DNA of 32,000 nucleotides from Candidatus Saganbacteria bacterium. GTDB taxonomy: Bacteria; Margulisbacteria; WOR-1; JAKLHX01. The translations under genes and the position numbers were made by a program. The stretch spans positions 199,291 to 231,290 of the forward strand of contig JAPLKZ010000007.1 in assembly GCA_026387835.1 (NCBI GenBank). Reading direction: 5' to 3'. The notes under the pieces were generated by a model that saw only the letters and a list, made by a program, of their open reading frames with translations, was not told the origin of the DNA and did not search any database. Below, piece after piece: positions 29,846 to 32,000 of the stretch. Position 1 is the stretch's first letter; every line of letters begins with the position of its first letter.

Positions 29846-29875
29846 ATATATATATTTACGGGTCTATATATATAT
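29846..29875. repeat. two (TA)5-type dinucleotide tracts separated by 9 nt, immediately upstream of the giant-gene start codon
   Basis: atatatatat is at 29846-29855 and tatatatatat at 29865-29875, with spacer ttacgggtc. The tracts are self- and mutually complementary and could form a ~10-bp AT hairpin or cruciform. The start codon is at 29842-29840. Confidence 0.8.
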
Positions 29876-29965
29876 CGTTGTATTGAAGCTAAAACTTGCG
29901 GGGAATAATGGGTCATTTTTGGCTGTTTAATGGCAAAATAATAGCGATTTATTAGCTGATTATTT

Positions 29966-31135
29966 TCAGGTATTTGCTTTTCTTGCTTTGTTATCTGACC
30001 CGATAGCCATTGCTATCGAACGGGCGATCTCTTCCGGTGTGTTGAGGGTTGGATAAGTTAAAACTTCATTCATTCTTTTTCGTGCGTTTGACGACGCGAA
30101 AGTTGTTTCAAGTGACTTCATAAATTCCTGTGCCCTTAAACGGACCTTTTCCGTTATTTTTGAATCCGCTAATTTTTGTTCGTGCCTCTTCTCATATGCT
30201 GTTTCATTCTCTTTCTCATCTGCCTTTCTTGCCTCGATAATGCCGGCCAATATTCTTTTAGCCATCCTCAGAGCTGACTCGTACACTTCAGTTGCCGCAG
30301 TCCATATTTTTGTAATTATTGTTATAACTTTAGGCATGTCTGCGTCAACAGCGGTTTCGTTCTTTGCTATTTGCGGCATTTCCTTGATCGGTGTCGCTGA
30401 AATGGCGCGCATCTGCTCCAATAAAGCGGGATCAATTTTAATGTCATTTTCTGTTGCGATAGATATAAGTTTGGTTGCCTGCTCCCCGCATGCTGTGATC
30501 TCTTTTTCGATCATCGATCTGGCCGGTTGCTTGTCTTTAAACTTTTCTCGCATTGCATTAAGCATATCATTCATCTTTTTGATGGCCTCAGCATCACCAG
30601 TGATGACTATGATCACATATTGTTTATTATGGTTTTTCAGGATTATTTCGGTCTGGACTGCGATTTGAGAATTGTAGCCGGATTCTTGAGCGTGATAAGA
30701 TGATAGTAATTCTTTTAAACTTATAGAATCGTCATTATGCCCGCAATATCCCAAAAAATCCTGTTTTGATCTTCTCAATGATTGTTCTGTTCTTATTCGG
30801 TTTTCTGTTGCACCGTTATTTCCTTCACCTTCTTGTTTCCTGAAATTAAGAATGGCTTCCTGGTGTTTTTTCATTTCCGACAGATAGCTGCGACCTACGG
30901 CAAAAGGTCTCATATAGGAAATAGTGTCGATCATAAAAGAAAAACGCTCCGTAGTCGCGAAAGGGAACTTTTCCTGTTCTTGCGTAAAAGAACCGAGTAC
31001 CCTGTAAGCAGGTCTTGATAGGTCGGGAACAGGTGTAATGACAGTTCTTGGCGTTGCCGTTGTACGCGATGTTAAGCCGTTCCCGGTTTCCTGTATCTTA
31101 GGATCGGTTTTAACAAGCGCAGGATCGGGCAACAT
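29966..31135 (-). CDS. hypothetical protein (389 aa), no recognisable motifs; predicted helical, K/E-rich C-terminal half
   Basis: A good SD GGGAGA lies 7 nt upstream of the ATG at 31135. It is co-directional with the giant ORF and 123 nt upstream of it. There are no TM segments. The sequence reads MLPDPALVKTDPKIQETGNG... Confidence 0.6.
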   Translation of the reverse strand: MLPDPALVKTDPKIQETGNGLTSRTTATPRTVITPVPDLSRPAYRVLGSFTQEQEKFPFATTERFSFMIDTISYMRPFAVGRSYLSEMKKHQEAILNFRKQEGEGNNGATENRIRTEQSLRRSKQDFLGYCGHNDDSISLKELLSSYHAQESGYNSQIAVQTEIILKNHNKQYVIIVITGDAEAIKKMNDMLNAMREKFKDKQPARSMIEKEITACGEQATKLISIATENDIKIDPALLEQMRAISATPIKEMPQIAKNETAVDADMPKVITIITKIWTAATEVYESALRMAKRILAGIIEARKADEKENETAYEKRHEQKLADSKITEKVRLRAQEFMKSLETTFASSNARKRMNEVLTYPTLNTPEEIARSIAMAIGSDNKARKANT

Positions 31136-31202
31136 ATATTATCTCCCTATTTATATATCGATGGTAAGATCGCGAAATTTCATTATATTCTAATTTTCTT
31201 TA

Positions 31203-31499
31203 CTAAACCGGCTTATCTGGACTGAATATATTGCTTTTGTCCGGTTTCTTTGCCTGTTCAGGCGTCATTTCTTTGTCTTTAATGACAGGAAGGCTATTAT
31301 TCAGTTTACCTTGGTAATAGTTTTCCACGACTGCCTGTAAACCATTCATCACTAATTCTGGCATGTTCGCTATTGCTGCTGCCGCGCTATTTACTATATC
31401 TAATCTTGCCTGTGCCACTCTTGCCTGTCCCGGTTCGCCATATAATTTCTGTATTGGCGGTGATCCTTGTTGTTTAGCTTGTATATATATATATGTCAT
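31203..31499 (-). CDS. hypothetical small protein (98 aa)
   Basis: An SD AGGAGA lies 5-6 nt upstream of the ATG at 31499, 10 nt after the upstream stop. The sequence reads MTYIYIQAKQQGSPPIQKLYGEPGQARVAQARLDIVNSAAAAIANMPELV... The C-terminus is Pro/Lys-rich. Confidence 0.45.
   Translation of the reverse strand: MTYIYIQAKQQGSPPIQKLYGEPGQARVAQARLDIVNSAAAAIANMPELVMNGLQAVVENYYQGKLNNSLPVIKDKEMTPEQAKKPDKSNIFSPDKPV
31482..31494 (-). repeat. (TA)6-type tract inside codons 2-6 of the 98-aa ORF
   Basis: tatatatatatat at 31482-31494 encodes TYIYI directly after the ATG at 31499-31497. Confidence 0.8.
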
Positions 31500-31509
31500 T
31501 GTTTTTCTC

Positions 31510-31773
31510 CTACACTACCCTTCCCGTTCCTTCATCCGAAGATGCGATCCCTACTCTGTTCACAGGGAGTGGCGTCTTATCGAAGCCCGCCAATCTCTGG
31601 ATATTCTTCACTGTCTCAAAGGCTCCTTTTACTTGTCCAAACTGTTTTATTGCTTCTGTCAGGCTCGCAAGAGCAAGCCATTTGCTATCCTCCGTTTTTG
31701 CCGGCACGCCACCATTGCCTTTGATTCCCGCCATAAATATTGTCCCATTGATCGGATCCATATCCATGCCCAT
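31510..31773 (-). CDS. hypothetical small protein (87 aa)
   Basis: A consensus SD AAGGAGGA lies about 7 nt upstream of the ATG at 31773 (MGMDMDPINGTIFMAGIKGNGG...). The track start at 31806 lacks an SD and overlaps the upstream ORF. Confidence 0.45.
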   Translation of the reverse strand: MGMDMDPINGTIFMAGIKGNGGVPAKTEDSKWLALASLTEAIKQFGQVKGAFETVKNIQRLAGFDKTPLPVNRVGIASSDEGTGRVV

Positions 31774-31786
31774 AATATTATCCTCC

Positions 31787-32000
31787 TTACGATCCCCGTT
31801 GAGCATCTAGGACTGAAACGCCTCTCTTATCACTTTGCCTAGAACCGGCCACTGTTTTACTGAAAATGTTATAATTTACCAGGTTAAAGGTATTTTCATA
31901 ATAATTATCTACTGTATCCTTGAACTTTTTATTCCAGAATTTTTCGACTCCCGAGCCGCCCAGATCGATTGCAGTTTTCAGTTGTTTCAGTTTTTCCAGC
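31787..32000 (-). CDS. hypothetical protein, C-terminal 70 aa only (gene enters from beyond the window)
   Basis: My own translation of the reverse strand from 31999 (one of the three reverse frames) gives LEKLKQLKTAIDLGGSGVEKFWNKKFKDTVDNYYENTFNLVNYNIFSKTVAGSRQSDKRGVSVLDAQRGS and then TAA at 31789-31787. The stop is embedded in the next gene's SD region. Confidence 0.4.
   Translation of the reverse strand, partial: LEKLKQLKTAIDLGGSGVEKFWNKKFKDTVDNYYENTFNLVNYNIFSKTVAGSRQSDKRGVSVLDAQRGS

Noticed and set aside
31183-31188. A consensus TATAAT on the minus strand, in the 67-nt gap upstream of the 389-aa gene, could be an internal promoter.
   Set aside because: No acceptable -35 or TGn element lies at the right spacing. 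An isolated TATAAT in AT-rich DNA is expected by chance.
12300-32000. The accessory 12-32 kb region could be a horizontally acquired genomic island.
   Set aside because: There is no flanking tRNA, direct repeat, integrase or transposase in the window, and I cannot compute the compositional deviation. The idea is plausible but unsupported.

Overview
The window appears to come from an unidentified, probably uncultivated bacterium that looks moderately AT-rich by eye. I saw no rRNA, tRNA, CRISPR array, transposase or integrase. It divides into three parts.

(1) 1-12.3 kb is housekeeping. A minus-strand operon runs nusA-infB-rbfA-DHH phosphoesterase-truB-ligA-YkgJ-like with tightly overlapping genes. 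ligA is broken by a frameshift and short deletion in its last HhH motif. Next come a small Met/His-rich membrane protein, then groES-groEL behind a perfect CIRCE operator whose spacer carries the promoter -35 box. A plus-strand ROK glucokinase-hisH-hisA block follows.

(2) 12.3-20.4 kb is accessory. It starts with a Zn-ribbon SAM methyltransferase and an APH-like kinase. These converge on a minus-strand type II FAS/PKS-like operon: SDR ketoreductase, ACP, hot-dog dehydratase, active ketosynthase, a catalytically dead KS-beta/CLF-like partner, and a GT2-TPR glycosyltransferase. A degenerate PlsC-like acyltransferase is transcribed divergently from this operon.

(3) 20.5-32 kb is the most novel part. 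One uninterrupted 9.3-kb ORF (3107 aa) encodes an N-terminal polytopic, modular membrane region, low-complexity linkers, and about 3.3 long tandem repeats of roughly 390-480 aa. Each repeat carries an MgtE_N/FliG-like helical motif. Four co-directional ORFan genes and unusual (TA)n tracts precede it.

All domain calls are by-eye motif recognition; no database search was run.
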